A stretch of 63,898 nt of DNA, filler included, from Chrysochromulina tobinii (Eukaryota), in NCBI GenBank assembly GCA_001275005.1. It is 5 parts of 5 records of this genome, joined end to end, with 100 filler letters (N's around TTAATTAATTAA, not from the genome) between each part and the next. Parts side by side here need not be neighbours in the genome. Positions count along the whole stretch, not along the records: positions 1 to 16,244 come from JWZX01000968.1; positions 16,345 to 34,631 come from JWZX01000969.1; 3 more parts are not named here. One strand, 5' to 3'. Below the pieces are notes generated by a model. It saw only the letters and a program-made list of their open reading frames with translations. It was not told the origin of the DNA and made no database searches. A program made the position numbers and the translations under genes. Positions 11,275 through 22,908 of the stretch are shown here, in pieces (the stretch's first letter is position 1; each line of letters begins with the position of its first letter).

Positions 11275-12213
11275 TCATACCTTCACCGAGCTCCGTGATG
11301 AGGTTGAGCGCGGCGTGCGTGAGCTTGGCGGCGTACGAGAGCTTGGGAGGAGTAGGCCGGAGCTTGGGAGGAGTAGGCCGTCGCGCTGCGCCACGTGCTC
11401 CTTACGCATCCGAATCTGGTCCTTGATGCGCGGGATGAGCTTCTCGTAATGGCCCGGCCCCAGATCGGGGCTCGCGTCGCGAGCGTTGAAATTAGGCAGC
11501 GCGCGCTGCGGAGTAGTGGTGCCAAAGGGCGCCCTGACCTTGCTCATCCGGCGCATCTCGTCTCTACAGTCGTCCAGGAGCGTTCCGTGGTTCTGCTCGT
11601 ACGTCCCCGGACCGTTGACTGTCTCCGTCTGCGGCTTCTGACCGGACATGCCGCCACGCAGCGGGCCGAAGCGGTCGAGTTTGCCGTTGAAAGAGGCCCT
11701 CAATTGGGTATAGATGGCGACCTTTGGATTCGGTGAGTAGTGATCGGGGCCGGGAACAGCCGAGCGCGACTCAGGTCGCTGCAGCGAGGTTGATTCGAAG
11801 ACGTTTCGGCTGCCGCCCAAATTCTTGTAGTACGCGTAATCGTACTGCGTGTGCGTGTTGTCATAGATGGCTCCCGGCGACGAGCTGCCAAAGAGGCTGG
11901 TGGCCAGCTCTCTCACCTCCGTTGAGTCAAAGGGCTTGCGTGTCTCCTTGCTCTGGCGAGTATTGCACATCGGGTTGGTGCCGGCGTCCTCGTACGTGTA
12001 CGGGTTGTAAAGGCCTGGATCCATTTGCGGCGGCACATTCACCTGCACACCCTGCACTCGCTTGTCGCGGACCCACGCGTACTCGGCATCCGCCTTGTGA
12101 GGCGCGTAGCCGGAACGGCCCGACTCGTACATGCCGAAGCCGACGGGAACGCGCGGACGCCCGCCAGTGCTGCCGCCAGTGCTCGTCCATGACGACATGG
12201 CGATCGATTCCAT
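11275..12213 (-). CDS. SHIPPO/ODF3 (STPG PGP-repeat) flagellar microtubule-associated protein
   Basis: Repeated motifs DPGLYNP, SPGAIYD, VPGPDHYSP, GPGTYEQ, LGPGHYEK with F-x-S/T spacers. Confidence 0.7.
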   Translation of the reverse strand: MESIAMSSWTSTGGSTGGRPRVPVGFGMYESGRSGYAPHKADAEYAWVRDKRVQGVQVNVPPQMDPGLYNPYTYEDAGTNPMCNTRQSKETRKPFDSTEVRELATSLFGSSSPGAIYDNTHTQYDYAYYKNLGGSRNVFESTSLQRPESRSAVPGPDHYSPNPKVAIYTQLRASFNGKLDRFGPLRGGMSGQKPQTETVNGPGTYEQNHGTLLDDCRDEMRRMSKVRAPFGTTTPQRALPNFNARDASPDLGPGHYEKLIPRIKDQIRMRKEHVAQRDGLLLPSSGLLLPSSRTPPSSRTPRSTSSRSSVKV

Positions 12214-12462
12214 GGCGCCCGAGAGTCCCTCACAGGTGGGCTCCGGACGGACAGGGACGGGAGACAAGGAAGGCGTTCGGTTTCATGGCACGCAAGAGTC
12301 GCAAGATTGGGAAAGCTGAGAATTGGGAAATGAATGGTTGCATGCCACAAAGAGCATGGAAGAGCCGGAGCCGGTGAACTCAACCTCAAAGCTCCTTCTC
12401 CCCCTTCACCTTCTTTCTACATGTAGTACGAACAGAAGTAATTCCTACTCAAGCCCAACAAC

Positions 12463-13482
12463 TCAAACTCCCACTAAGCTCCTTCTCGTTTCACGCGCCC
12501 CATCAGCACAATGTCTCATCCACATTTCCGCGTCTTGCGAGTACACTTTGCGGATTCGCTCGCACGTACTCAAGGACCTGGGCTGGATGGCCAAGGTGGG
12601 TCCTGCTGCCTTGCCCTTGGCTTTGGGGTGCGGATCTCGCTGGCGGGACGACCTGTAGCCGTGCCACGACTTGTTATGCCGCCGGTTGCGTTGGCGCATG
12701 CCCGTGAAAAAGTTCCAGCTCGGCGCTTCTCCCTCCTGGCTGGTCGGAGCTCTGCCGTCGCGGCGTGGTGCGGCTCCGACCGTGCAGCCCGTCTGCCGTG
12801 CCAGAAAACGGTCGAGCTTCATTCCAAGCCCGTCGCGATCGAAGCAGACGAGCGACTCGGCTGGCCGCTGTATCGCTACAAAGAGCGCCTGTGGGTACAA
12901 GAAGATACGTGAGGGGCCCATGACACGGCGATTGATGGCGTGCACGGCGCAATCGGCGTCTAGGCCGGCACAGCTCCCAAGGAGCTGTTCCACAAAATCG
13001 ACAAGGCTCGAAAGGGTGTCGAAGGCGGTGCCCATCTCTTGAGCCGTCTCCTTGGCATCGCCACGGGAGGTCAGCTCGTTGAGTACCGACTGGAATCGCT
13101 CACAAGGCTCGCGGAGCACGGTGAATGCCGAAGCGCCTGCGACCATTGCGCTGGCGTTGCACACATCGTTCGCACAGCCACTTCCGTGGTCGTGGACGTG
13201 GATGTGCAAGCGACTCGTGTTGGTGCTCGAGCAAGGCAGCTCAAATTCATGTACGTCCGTGATGCGGCGTGGCCGGCGTCTGGCGCCTGAGTGGTACGCT
13301 GTGAGCCGCTCGAGAAGCGCGCTTGAGCCCGTTTTGGGACTCCGGAAGTAATGGAGCATGGTGGGTGGCAGCTGTGATGTTGGAGTGCTCTGCCAGAGGT
13401 CGGTCATGCGGAAGCGCAAGAAAGGTGCGACCCAGTCGCGGGGCGCTCGCATAGGTAAGCCGCCTTCCCACCAGTCGCGCAT
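12463..13482 (-). CDS. Sulfotransferase family protein (Sulfotransfer_2-like)
   Basis: 5'-PSB motif HYFRSPKTGSSAL, 3'-PB motif FTVLREPCERFQS, C-terminal IRKVYSQD. Confidence 0.75.
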   Translation of the reverse strand: MRDWWEGGLPMRAPRDWVAPFLRFRMTDLWQSTPTSQLPPTMLHYFRSPKTGSSALLERLTAYHSGARRRPRRITDVHEFELPCSSTNTSRLHIHVHDHGSGCANDVCNASAMVAGASAFTVLREPCERFQSVLNELTSRGDAKETAQEMGTAFDTLSSLVDFVEQLLGSCAGLDADCAVHAINRRVMGPSRIFLYPQALFVAIQRPAESLVCFDRDGLGMKLDRFLARQTGCTVGAAPRRDGRAPTSQEGEAPSWNFFTGMRQRNRRHNKSWHGYRSSRQRDPHPKAKGKAAGPTLAIQPRSLSTCERIRKVYSQDAEMWMRHCADGARETRRSLVGV

Positions 13483-13769
13483 ACGCGCCGACGCACGGAT
13501 GACGCGCGGAGTATTAGACGGGTCCGTGCCGGTGAAATAACAGACTTTGCCCCAAAAGGAAACCGAGGTGCACTCTAGCTGAGGTCAATAGCCAACCGTG
13601 CCATAAAAATCGCTCCGAGCGTATCCGGATAATGTTCACGTATACGATACAATTGTACGCGGGCCGTCCATGAATTGAGCGTGTGTTGCCACGCCAGACG
13701 CGTCCGATCTTTGGCGGAAGCGCGCGCGAGTGGCGCACCCTCTCCACCCTTTTTGGGGCCTCCACTGCG

Positions 13770-14648
13770 ATGCCCCCAGCAGCAGCCGGCTCGACGTCCG
13801 GCCTCTACTCGCAGTACGCGGCTGCGGCGCAGCCTCGGCCCGGTTCTCCGCAGCGCCGTGGCAACAGGAACGCGTCGGGCCACAAGACCACGCGCTCGGC
13901 CGTTCTGCGAGCTGCTGGCGTCAGGCTCTGCTGCTACCTCAATCAGGAGATGGACCGTGCGTCGTCAACAATCGTGCAGCTGCCGGCGGACTGCGACACG
14001 CTAGAGGAGGTGATCCCGTACATCCAAAAGAAGCTACAGCTCGACAAGCGCATGCTCTTCGTTGCCGAGCTCTTCACGCCGACTGGTGATCTGATTAACT
14101 CGTGGGATCAGCTTGTGCAGGCCGCACAAACTGATACGCCGATCATAATCGGGTGCGGCGAGCCCTTCGACGCGATGCGCGTGCCCAACGCGCTCCTCGA
14201 GATGCACCTCAACGGTGGCGGCCGAAAGGCTGTCAAGCGCGTCACGCGGGAGCTCAAGGACAAGCGCCTCGCCGAGCGGCAAGACCGTGCGGAGATGGTA
14301 CGCCAGGCGGGGCACGGGGTCTTGCCGATTGCAGCGGCGAACGCGCGTGAGCAGAAAGTGGAGTCCAAGCACGAGACCGCCAATCTGATGCGCCAGCGGT
14401 ACATGCAGGGCCTCGCGTACACACAGCAGCAGCAGCAGGAGTTACTCGACAGCGTCTATCAAAACGTGACGGCACAAAAGATGGAGGCGCAGGAGTCGAA
14501 GGCAACTCGGGCAGAGCAGGAGGCAGAGCGGCGCGAGCGGCTTCGCATGGAGAAAATCCAGCAGCAGGAGGAGCTCAAGAGGGCGCGCGAAGCAACGATG
14601 GCCCTCGTGCGGAGGCAGCATGACGCAGCCCTTCAGCCCCTAAGGTGA
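13770..14648 (+). CDS. Doublecortin (DCX) domain + coiled-coil protein
   Basis: VRLCCYLNQE...TLEEVIPYIQKKLQL...ELFTPTGDLINSWDQL...IIIGCGEPF fits the DCX pattern. Confidence 0.7.
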   Translation: MPPAAAGSTSGLYSQYAAAAQPRPGSPQRRGNRNASGHKTTRSAVLRAAGVRLCCYLNQEMDRASSTIVQLPADCDTLEEVIPYIQKKLQLDKRMLFVAELFTPTGDLINSWDQLVQAAQTDTPIIIGCGEPFDAMRVPNALLEMHLNGGGRKAVKRVTRELKDKRLAERQDRAEMVRQAGHGVLPIAAANAREQKVESKHETANLMRQRYMQGLAYTQQQQQELLDSVYQNVTAQKMEAQESKATRAEQEAERRERLRMEKIQQQEELKRAREATMALVRRQHDAALQPLR

Positions 14649-14958
14649 TGCGGCGAGACGATGTGGGGCGTGTGGCACGTTTATGGCGTATAAGCTGTAG
14701 AGCTCTCTATGCGCACAGGGAGCATGGAGCATGGCCAAGAGTGTCGTTTCCTCACAAGGGTGCCCCCGACGCAGCGCGAGGATTCCTGATCCTGTGACGT
14801 TTAACTCCAATAACTGTGAGTGCCACATAACTGGCGCATCCGTACTCCGAAAGCAGTCTGCGCCCTCAAAGGTGTGTCTCCACGGGACCGGTGGTCGTGC
14901 GCCATGCCGACTTGGCAACGGAACGTGAACGTGAACTTCGAAAGTGACGAAACTTGCG

Positions 14959-16244
14959 ATGGCGACACGGAGCGATGCCCTCTCGGTCTCGGTGCGCAAG
15001 GACTTCCACACGGTCGCCCACTCTTCGGGCATCGCGCTCGACGAGGCGACCCGCGCTCTCGCGGCTGACGTCGGAAAGGTGCACGGCGAGGTCAATTGGG
15101 TCGCCCTCACATATGCAAAAGGCAGCAAGCAGGCTCTCGAGCTGCTCGGATCTGGCAGCGGCGGCTTTGCAGAACTGAGCTCATCCGGCGCGTTTGAGAA
15201 TGCGCGCGTCGTGTACGCCGTTTTCGTTGCCGTCGCCGGCCGGCGCGGCGGCCGCAAGAAGGTCTTCGTCTCATGGGTGGGCCCTGACGTGAGCGGCCTC
15301 GAGCGAGCACGCGTCTCGCTGCACCGCACCGACGTGCTCAACCTACTGGGTCCCGCGGTTGCCTCGCTCGATCTGCAGGAGCGCCTGCCCTCGGCCGCAG
15401 CCTTCGACGACTGGGCTCGTGCCGCGGTCGCCGAGCAGCTCTTCGTGCCGTCAGACTCTCTGCTTCTCGACTCCAACCTTGCTGCGAAGGCTGCGGGCTT
15501 TGGCAGCGGCGGCGACGCGGAGAACGTGGCCGCCGCGGCTGACGCGGCGTCGGTCACGCCAAGCGAGCTCGAGCCACTGCCCGGACTGCCGCCCTCAGCA
15601 GCCTCGGCGGAGGAGGCGATGGAGGCGCTCGCGTGTCTCGCCCAGCAAACGGGCCTGAGCGCGCCTGCAGCCACACAGTTGTTAGCCGAGCTGCCTCCGA
15701 GCTTGGCTGGCGAGGCGCTGCTCCTCGCACAGCACATGGACGGGTGCACGCCTGAGCTTGCTGCCGAGCTCCTCACGCTCGCCGCCGCCGCCGCCACTTC
15801 CGGCGAGCTTGCGTCGCCAGTGCCGGCTACCTTGGCAGCGGGCGGCGCGCTCGTGAGAGGATGCGGACTGCGGCTTGCGCTGGCAGTCGTGTTGCGCTGT
15901 CACCTGCTCGGGCGTCCCATGGAATGGCGCTGCACCTTTGGGCGCCTCCCGAGTACGCTCCCGACGCTCACGCGACTCGTCGAGTGTGCCCGCGCCGCCC
16001 CCTCTTCCGAAGGGCTGCTGCGAACGCGTCAGCAGGGCTTGCTGGCGCTCACGGCAGCCGCCCTGGGGCGCATCGGCTTGGCTGTGGAGCCGCAGGAGGA
16101 GGAGCCCACGCCGTCGCCCGCGCCCGCCCCCAAACCGCCACCGGCCCGTCCTCCGGCTCCTCTGCCGGTGCCGCTTGTGCCCTCTCCTGCACCGCCACCT
16201 GCACCGCCGCCACCTGCAAGGCCGATGGCGCCGCCGCCGATGGC
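14959..16244 (+). CDS. ADF-H (coactosin/drebrin-like) domain protein with polyproline region, truncated by gap
   Basis: VNWVALTY...GSGSGGFAEL...VVYA...KKVFVSWVGPDVSGLERARVSLHR; Pro-rich tail at contig end. Confidence 0.75.
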
Positions 16245-16344
16245 NNNNNNNNNNNNNNNNNNNNNNNNNNNNNNNNNNNNNNNNNNNNTTAATTAATTAA
16301 NNNNNNNNNNNNNNNNNNNNNNNNNNNNNNNNNNNNNNNNNNNN
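16245..16344. other. Artificial contig linker N44-TTAATTAATTAA-N44
   Basis: Six-frame stop linker flanked by Ns; repeated identically at 34632, 58705 and 62401. Confidence 0.98.
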
Positions 16345-17520
16345 CGAGGGCGGCGGCGGCGAGGGTGGCGGCGAGGGTGGCGGCGGCGAAGGCGAGGGCG
16401 GCGGTGAGGGCGGCGGCGGCGAGGGCGGCGGCGGCGAGGGCGGCGGAGGTGGTGGCGGTGCCTGGCAAGTTGAGACTGATCCATATACGCCGTTAGAGGT
16501 GGCGGAGTTGATGGAGGTCAGGGTCGTTGCCCATCTGCAGACCGAACCTCCGGCGACATAGACATTGGGCGCCCTATGATAGCCAGCTGTGTTCGAACTG
16601 ATGGTGCACGTTGAGAAGGCCACTGTGCCACCCGAGATCCAGACACCACCGCCTCCTCCGCCGCACGTTGTGCACATATATGGAGCTGTGTTCGAACTGA
16701 TGGTGCTCGATGAGATAGTCACTGTGCCTCCAGCGATAAAGACACCACCGCCATTGCCAGCTGTGTTCCCACTGATGGTGCACGATGAGATGGCCACTGT
16801 GCCTCCCCTGATCCAGACACCACCGCCTTCTCCGGAGTATCCAAGCCCAGTGATCCCATCCGATGCATACCGCGGAGAGCTCATGTAGCCTCCCGTGATG
16901 GTGATCCCAATCAGTTGCACGACGCCCGACGCCAGATTGATCTTCAGCACACGACGTTGACTCGAAGAGGTGCCCTGTGCGTTCAGGATGACCGTGCCTG
17001 CCACCGCCGCCTCGAGGACGACGCTCCTGGTGATGCTGAGCTCGGCGATGAGGTAGTAGGTGCCGGAGGCAAGGACGATGCGGCTGACGGCGGTGTTGGC
17101 GAGTGCGCTGGTCAAGCCTGCGCTGGTGCTCACCTGGGTCTGCAGTTCACGGCGGTGGCTGGGCATCGCGAGCTGCAGACCTCGGTACAACCCGGGAACG
17201 TGGCTGGCCTCAGTGCAGGACAGCACGGTGCACGGGAGCGCCATCAGTGGCGACCATGGAGGCGGCGGGGATTGCACCTGAACTGGCACCCGAACGGGTG
17301 GTGGCGGTGTAGCCAAAGGTAGCAGCAAGAGTGGGGGCGATGATGGCCACGGTGACGAGGACCGAGTTGACATGTGCACGTCCGCTTCTGCGGACTCTGC
17401 CCGATTAGCAAGAGTTCCCTCACCATGATATGCACTAGTCCCACCATCTGGTGGTGTCATCGTCGTCGCCGCCGCCATGGCGCTCACCCGCGGCACCAAG
17501 AGCACGAGCAGCAAGGCCAT
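16345..17520 (-). CDS. Secreted right-handed beta-helix (pectin-lyase-like/Pmp-like) protein with Pro-rich linkers, truncated by gap
   Basis: Signal peptide MALLLVLLVPRVSA, HRRELQ motif, RIVLASGTYYL, repeated GGGV.I.GGTV.ISSCTISGNTA units, SPPPP tail. Confidence 0.75.
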
Positions 17521-20500
17521 TTCGAACCACTTATTACGGTAGAGGCGATTGTGCCTCGCCCACATTGCGAAGCACTTATTTGGTCCGGACCGTTCCTGCT
17601 CCGAGCAAGCTGCCAAGACGAGCAACCCAAGCCTGAACAGCACGAGTGCGCCGTCCAAACACTCCACCCACCGCAAAGGCACACCGCCCTTTTCACCGCT
17701 TCCGGGGTCCTCCTTCGAGTTCGTCTGGTTGTACGGGAACGAGTACTTGATGTCGGCGTCCCTGATCTTGCCCGCATTGAAGAGCTCCTCGAGTGAGGTC
17801 TCGTCCAGGAGCATATGGATGAACTTGTCGTGCAGTAGGCCACCGGTGCGCCTCGAAGCGCCACCGCCAATGACGGTAATTGAGTAGAAGGTTGGGAGCG
17901 ACCGTATAGTGATGTCATACTTCGAGTCCATCTTCGTGCCAGGGTCCATCTTCATGCCAAGGTTGTACCATGGTTGTACCAATGCAAACATGTCGAAAGT
18001 ACCATTGCCCATGAAGAGCACCGACAGGTTGCTGCTGAAGATGTCATCCGTGTTGTATGCGACCTCGCAGTGGTCGACCGTCATGCCAGAGTCGATGCCA
18101 ACAATGGTGATGCCTCTATTGGTCTTGTTTGTTGCCATCAGCATAGGAGCCCAGAGTGTCATAGGATTGAGATCGCCAAGCACGGTCGCATGCGTGAACA
18201 AGTGGAAGGGGTCAGTTCCCCCTTGGAAATGCCTGTTGGCAATGCCGCCCTGGATCTGCTTGTAGGCGCGGACCGCGTTGACCACGGCCGACTTATGGAC
18301 GATGATGCCGTCGAGCCAAGCAGTGTCGATGGTCTTCGGCTTGAAGGCATCGATCTCCAGGAGCTCGCCAAGGCACTCGATGGTCATACGGATGTCGGCG
18401 CCCATGATGAAGAGCTCCATGAGGGCCATCACCAGGTTCTTGCGCGCGACCTCACGGGTGGGGTGGGTAGCGAGCAGGTGGCCAAAATGCGAGTCCGCAT
18501 ACTCGTGCACGCCGCTGTTGGCCGTGACGGAGAAGTACCCTCGCAAGTTCGAATTTGACTGGAAGGTGATGCGGCCGATCTTGCACGAGGTGGGCTTGAA
18601 ACCCATGCCGTCGGGGTTTTCGGCGGTGATGCGCTCGGCGATCACGTGCTTCGAGTGGCGCTTGAACGTCGACAGATCGAACTTGCCAATGCCGCCGTAG
18701 TCCTGGCCGTAGAAGCGGCGGATCTCGGGGATGTTGCACAGCTTGATGCCCATCGTGATGTGGATCAGGGCCGCCGGTAGCGAGACGCCGGTGATGCCCT
18801 CGGTGACTGTATGCTCGACCTGCAGACGCGGGTTGAGCTCGAGGAAACAGTACTTCTTCTTCGCCGGCAGGTAGAGGTACTCGACGGTGCCCGCCGAGAC
18901 GTAGTCGAGGGAGTTGATGTCGCAGAACTTCTCCATTGACATCATCAGCGTCAATCCCGCCGTCATCGTTGAGTCCGACTTGGCCAACTTATCGAAGCAC
19001 ACCTTGAGCTGCGACTTGCGCGGACGCAGCAACAGCTGCAGCTCCAACACCTGCACCTCCGGGTCCTTCTCGATCATCTTCTTCATCTGAGCGAGCGTGT
19101 CCGTCTTCGCCTCGATGAGCCGGTGCTTCTTGAGCAGCGTCTCAAAGCAGCCAAGCAGCGGGGAATCGGCAGACGCATTGTTCCCGACCGTGCCAAACTT
19201 CGGGTTCGCCTTGGCGAGCGCCTTGACCGCGGCCAGCGAGTCTTTCTTAGCAATATTGAGCACGTGCTTGTCGAGCAGCGTCGCGTACGCCGTGCCGACG
19301 TCGATCTCGGCCTTGCCATTGTAACCGACCGAGTCGTACTTGGGGTTGGCGCGCGAGAAGGCGATATTGACGTTGGCATAGTAGTCGAATATCGAGGCGA
19401 GCTCGGGGAACGATCTGAGCGTGAGCTCAAAGACTACCTTTTCCCACATTGGGAAGCCAAACATGTCCGACAGGTCCATCTTCTTCCACACCTCGAGCAT
19501 CTTCGGATCAGTGTCCGCAGGCGGAACGTGACGCTTGAGGGGCGGGATGAGCGCCTCCGAGATCGCCTTCTCCTTCTCCTTCTGAACGAGGAAGTTGGCG
19601 TACACACCGGCCACCTGCTGCTCGAGACTCATGCTCTCGACCTCCTCGCACAGCGCTAGGATGTTGAGGAACTCGTGGGCGTCAATCTTGTCCTTATCCT
19701 TGCCCTCGCCCTGCGCCGTCATGAAAGCACCCTTGATGTCGAGCTGCGACAGGTTGGAGTGCACGTCGGGCACGATGGCGCCCGACACGTTGGTCTCGGG
19801 CTTGACGATCGTGTCCTTGCAGACGCGCCGCTCGACGCACTGTGCCACAAAGGTCTCCATGGTCATTGTCGGGTTAGCCGTCTTCGAGTGCGTGGCCGTC
19901 GACTTCGACAAGAAGAACTTAAGGAGCTCGGGCTTGTTCCGGGCAAAGACAGCCTGCACCTCGGGCTCCTTTTTTATGCGCTTGAGCGTCTTTGCGAGGT
20001 TGTCCGACTTGGCGCGCTTGAGGATCGACTTGTTGAGCAGCGTGTCGAGGAGCTGGGCAGCGGAAACTCGACCGACGCGTTGTGCCCCACAGAGCCGAAC
20101 TTCGGGTTGGCATTCTGCAGCGCGATCATCACGAGGCACTCGAAGAGCTTGTGCAGCTGGAGGCCGCGATCGCCGCCCCCAGCCGTCTCCCCCTTGACCA
20201 CGCGCTTGTCCGCCTTGGACACGACGAAGGTGTCGTCGACCCGGTCGGCGCGCTCAAAGACGTTGATTACGCGCGTCATCGAGAACTGCTCGTTGCAGAG
20301 CTGGCAGTCGAGCGCGAGTTTCTGCAGCTCGGTCTGCTGAATCGTAAGCAGTGCATTCGCTGACGTCGAGCCGGCGGTGCCGCTCTTGGCATAGAAGGTG
20401 AAGATCGACGCAAGCTCACCGAACGACTTGTACAGCAGCGCGAAGACGCCCTGCTCAAATGTGGGGAAGCCAAAGACGTGCGACAGGTCCATCTTCTGCC

Positions 20501-20933
20501 ACACGGTGAGGAAGAGCGGGTCGATGCCCGCGGGCGGCACGAAGCGCTCGACGGGCGGGAAGAGGATCTCGGTGATGACCGCATGCTCGTCTTTCTCCGC
20601 ATGGTCAGGCATCGAGAGGCCGCTGGCGCCCACGAGGGTCATGCTGTACATGTAGAGGGCCGGGAGCGAGCGCGGCGTGCTCGCGAACCTCAAATTGCCC
20701 ACGGCGCCGAGCATCGCAAACAGGAACAGGCCCTTGCCTCGCATTTTTTCGAAGGGCCAGCTCTTGATGTGAGCAAATCCGCTGGGAGGTCGTTCAGTGT
20801 GTCCCCAATAAAGGGATGCGATAACACTCGTTATCACGCCCTTTGTGCATAAGGAGCCATGTTCACACCGGAGAGCGGCCGTGTACGTGCGCCAGCCAGA
20901 GGGTGATCCGTTCACACTCAAAATCAAAATCAT
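17521..20933 (-). pseudogene. Mosaic of degenerate gene fragments, mostly in one frame
   Basis: Abrupt joins between (i) repeats of a large helical protein (DLSHVFGFPTFEQ / DLSDMFGFPMWEK, ANPKFG), with a frameshift near 20055, (ii) an ACC fragment, (iii) a beta-helix-like fragment (GITIVGIDSGMTVDHCEVAYNTDD). Confidence 0.6.
18250..18910 (-). pseudogene. Internal fragment of eukaryotic acetyl-CoA carboxylase (biotin carboxylase C-terminal part), degenerate
   Basis: YVSAGTVEYLY...FLELNPRLQVEHTVTE...HVIAERITAENPD..GFKPTS...VHEYADSHFGHL...AWLDGII. Normally conserved residues are altered (EHPVTE, AARIT, DSQFGH); no BCCP or CT domains. Confidence 0.85.
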
Positions 20934-20993
20934 CTGCTACGTAGTATCGGGTACTCTACATGTATCTTATATGTTTGGCTTGCCATTTTTCAA

Positions 20994-22730
20994 ATGATGA
21001 AACATATGTCAAGGAAGAAGGGAGTGCCGCCTCCGGACAGGGTGGTCGCTCTCTCTGTGATGCCTAAAAGGAAGCGAGGACCTGCTATCGGCAGCACAGT
21101 GTGCGACAGCAAGGCGAGCGCGTTCACTGCTTGGCTCCTCGATCACGGCACCGTCTTCCAAGGCGTGCGGCTCCAAGATCTGCCTGATGGCTCCATCGGC
21201 GTGGTCGCCACTCGCGCCATTCGGAGGCGTGAGCCTCTCGTGACCGTCCCTCAGTCGCTTGTTCTTTCGCTCAAGACGGCGTCGAGTGAAGCGACCGAGG
21301 CGCTGCTCGACCAGGCCCAGCTGGACAAGGAGCCAGCCGACGGCGGCTTCCCCGACTCCGCTGTGCAAACCCTGCTTGTCGCCTATCACATCTCACTCGG
21401 CGCCGCCTCCCGCTGGTACCCTTACTTTGTCGCCATTTCGACGCCGCCGTGCGAGGACCTGCCCATCGTGTGGGACGAGCGGTCGCTCACATGGCTGTGC
21501 GGCACCGGCGTCGACGATGACGCGCGCACGTGGCGTGCGGAGCTCCTTTGCGAGCATCAGAATATGGTCACCTTCCTGCGGGCGGCCGCTCGTGGTGCAG
21601 AGGGCAACGCGATGGCGGCACTCTCGTTCGAATCGTACGTCGCCGCGGCGAGCTTGATGGCGTCACGCGCCTTCTTCGTCGACGATAGCCATGGTGACGC
21701 CTTGTGCCCGGCCTGCGATGCGTTCAATCACAAGGCATCGCTCTCGCCGCGCTCGATGAACGCGAGCGACGACGACGACGAGGAGGAAGAGGGCGAGGGT
21801 GAAGGCGACGGCGACGACGACGGCCATGGCGATCAGGACGACGAGGACGAGGACGACGAGGAGGAGTGCCTCTCGGGTCCACGTCCACTCCGATCGGCTT
21901 GTGCTTCCGTCCGAGCCGTTGCTCGGATGCATGCAGCGGCGGCTGGCATGGACCTGGGGGTGGACTGCACCTTTGACAGCGCGGGTGGTGGCACCCAGAG
22001 CGACGATGAGGAGGGTGAGGAGGAGGGCGATGAGGAGGGTGAGAGCGAGGGCGAGCTCGAGTCCGGGGACGGTGCGGAGGTCGAGGACGACGCTCAGGAC
22101 GACGCGTGTGCTCAGGACGACGCGTGTGGCGTGGTGATGCAGGTCGCGATGCGCCCGATACGGCGCGGCGCGCAGGTGCATACCTCGTACGGCGAGTACG
22201 GCAACGCGAAGCTGCTGCTCGACTACGGGTTCGCTCTTGAGGATAATCCGCTCGACACGGCGCGGCTGCCGATGGCACGCGTGCGCGCCGTACTGGGCAC
22301 TTTCGGGCTGTCCCCCTCGCAGCTCACTGCGCGTGAGTCGGCTCTGACGAAGCTCAAAGTGCGCTGGATGGCACCACTGCTCGCGTGCGATGGATTCGAA
22401 TTTGACCGCAGCGGCGTGCCGCCACGTCGGCTGCTGCTGCGCTTGTGGCTGACGCTGATGCCCAAACCGCCCACACGAGCGGCCGAAGCCGAGGCGATCA
22501 GAGACGCCTTCGGGCAGATGGGGCTCGCAATCAGGCTGCAAGGACCGGCACGGGCGTCCCTCTCCGTCCGAGCCGTGCTGCAGAAGGCCGTGGCGGAGCA
22601 GTTGAAGGGGCTACGAGAGCGACCAGCAGCCATCGGTGATGGTCGGCGGGAGATTGGAGCTCGGCGGCTCGTCCGCGGACACATCCTTATTTGGCAGTCA
22701 GTGCTCGGAGTCAGTGGCGCCGCGGACTAA
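20994..22730 (+). CDS. SET-domain lysine methyltransferase (SETD6/Rubisco LSMT-like) with acidic insertions
   Basis: GVVATRAI, SRWYPY, SRAFFVD..LCPACDAFNH, SYGEYGNAKLLLDYGF. Confidence 0.85.
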   Translation: MMKHMSRKKGVPPPDRVVALSVMPKRKRGPAIGSTVCDSKASAFTAWLLDHGTVFQGVRLQDLPDGSIGVVATRAIRRREPLVTVPQSLVLSLKTASSEATEALLDQAQLDKEPADGGFPDSAVQTLLVAYHISLGAASRWYPYFVAISTPPCEDLPIVWDERSLTWLCGTGVDDDARTWRAELLCEHQNMVTFLRAAARGAEGNAMAALSFESYVAAASLMASRAFFVDDSHGDALCPACDAFNHKASLSPRSMNASDDDDEEEEGEGEGDGDDDGHGDQDDEDEDDEEECLSGPRPLRSACASVRAVARMHAAAAGMDLGVDCTFDSAGGGTQSDDEEGEEEGDEEGESEGELESGDGAEVEDDAQDDACAQDDACGVVMQVAMRPIRRGAQVHTSYGEYGNAKLLLDYGFALEDNPLDTARLPMARVRAVLGTFGLSPSQLTARESALTKLKVRWMAPLLACDGFEFDRSGVPPRRLLLRLWLTLMPKPPTRAAEAEAIRDAFGQMGLAIRLQGPARASLSVRAVLQKAVAEQLKGLRERPAAIGDGRREIGARRLVRGHILIWQSVLGVSGAAD

Positions 22731-22908
22731 CGCAGACTGTATAGTGGGAAGTCGGCAGATCATACACGAACGAAAGCTGAACATTACCGTATATAGTCGC
22801 GTATATAGGTTCACAACACCCATACACCCTCGCTCGGCAGCCACGTCACACAGTGCGGTCATCCACCATGTGCGATGTGTCTCCACTCTGGGACCACAGC
22901 AGTGATGC

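Noticed and set aside
16245..16344. TTAATTAATTAA motif between N runs (also 34632, 58705, 62401)
   Set aside because: Artificial six-frame-stop linker; ORFs ending in X..LIN are artefacts, and gene neighbourhood across linkers is not evidence.
16297..20139. 1280-aa ORF as a functional acetyl-CoA carboxylase
   Set aside because: Only about 220 aa are ACC-like, conserved residues are altered and other ACC domains are absent.
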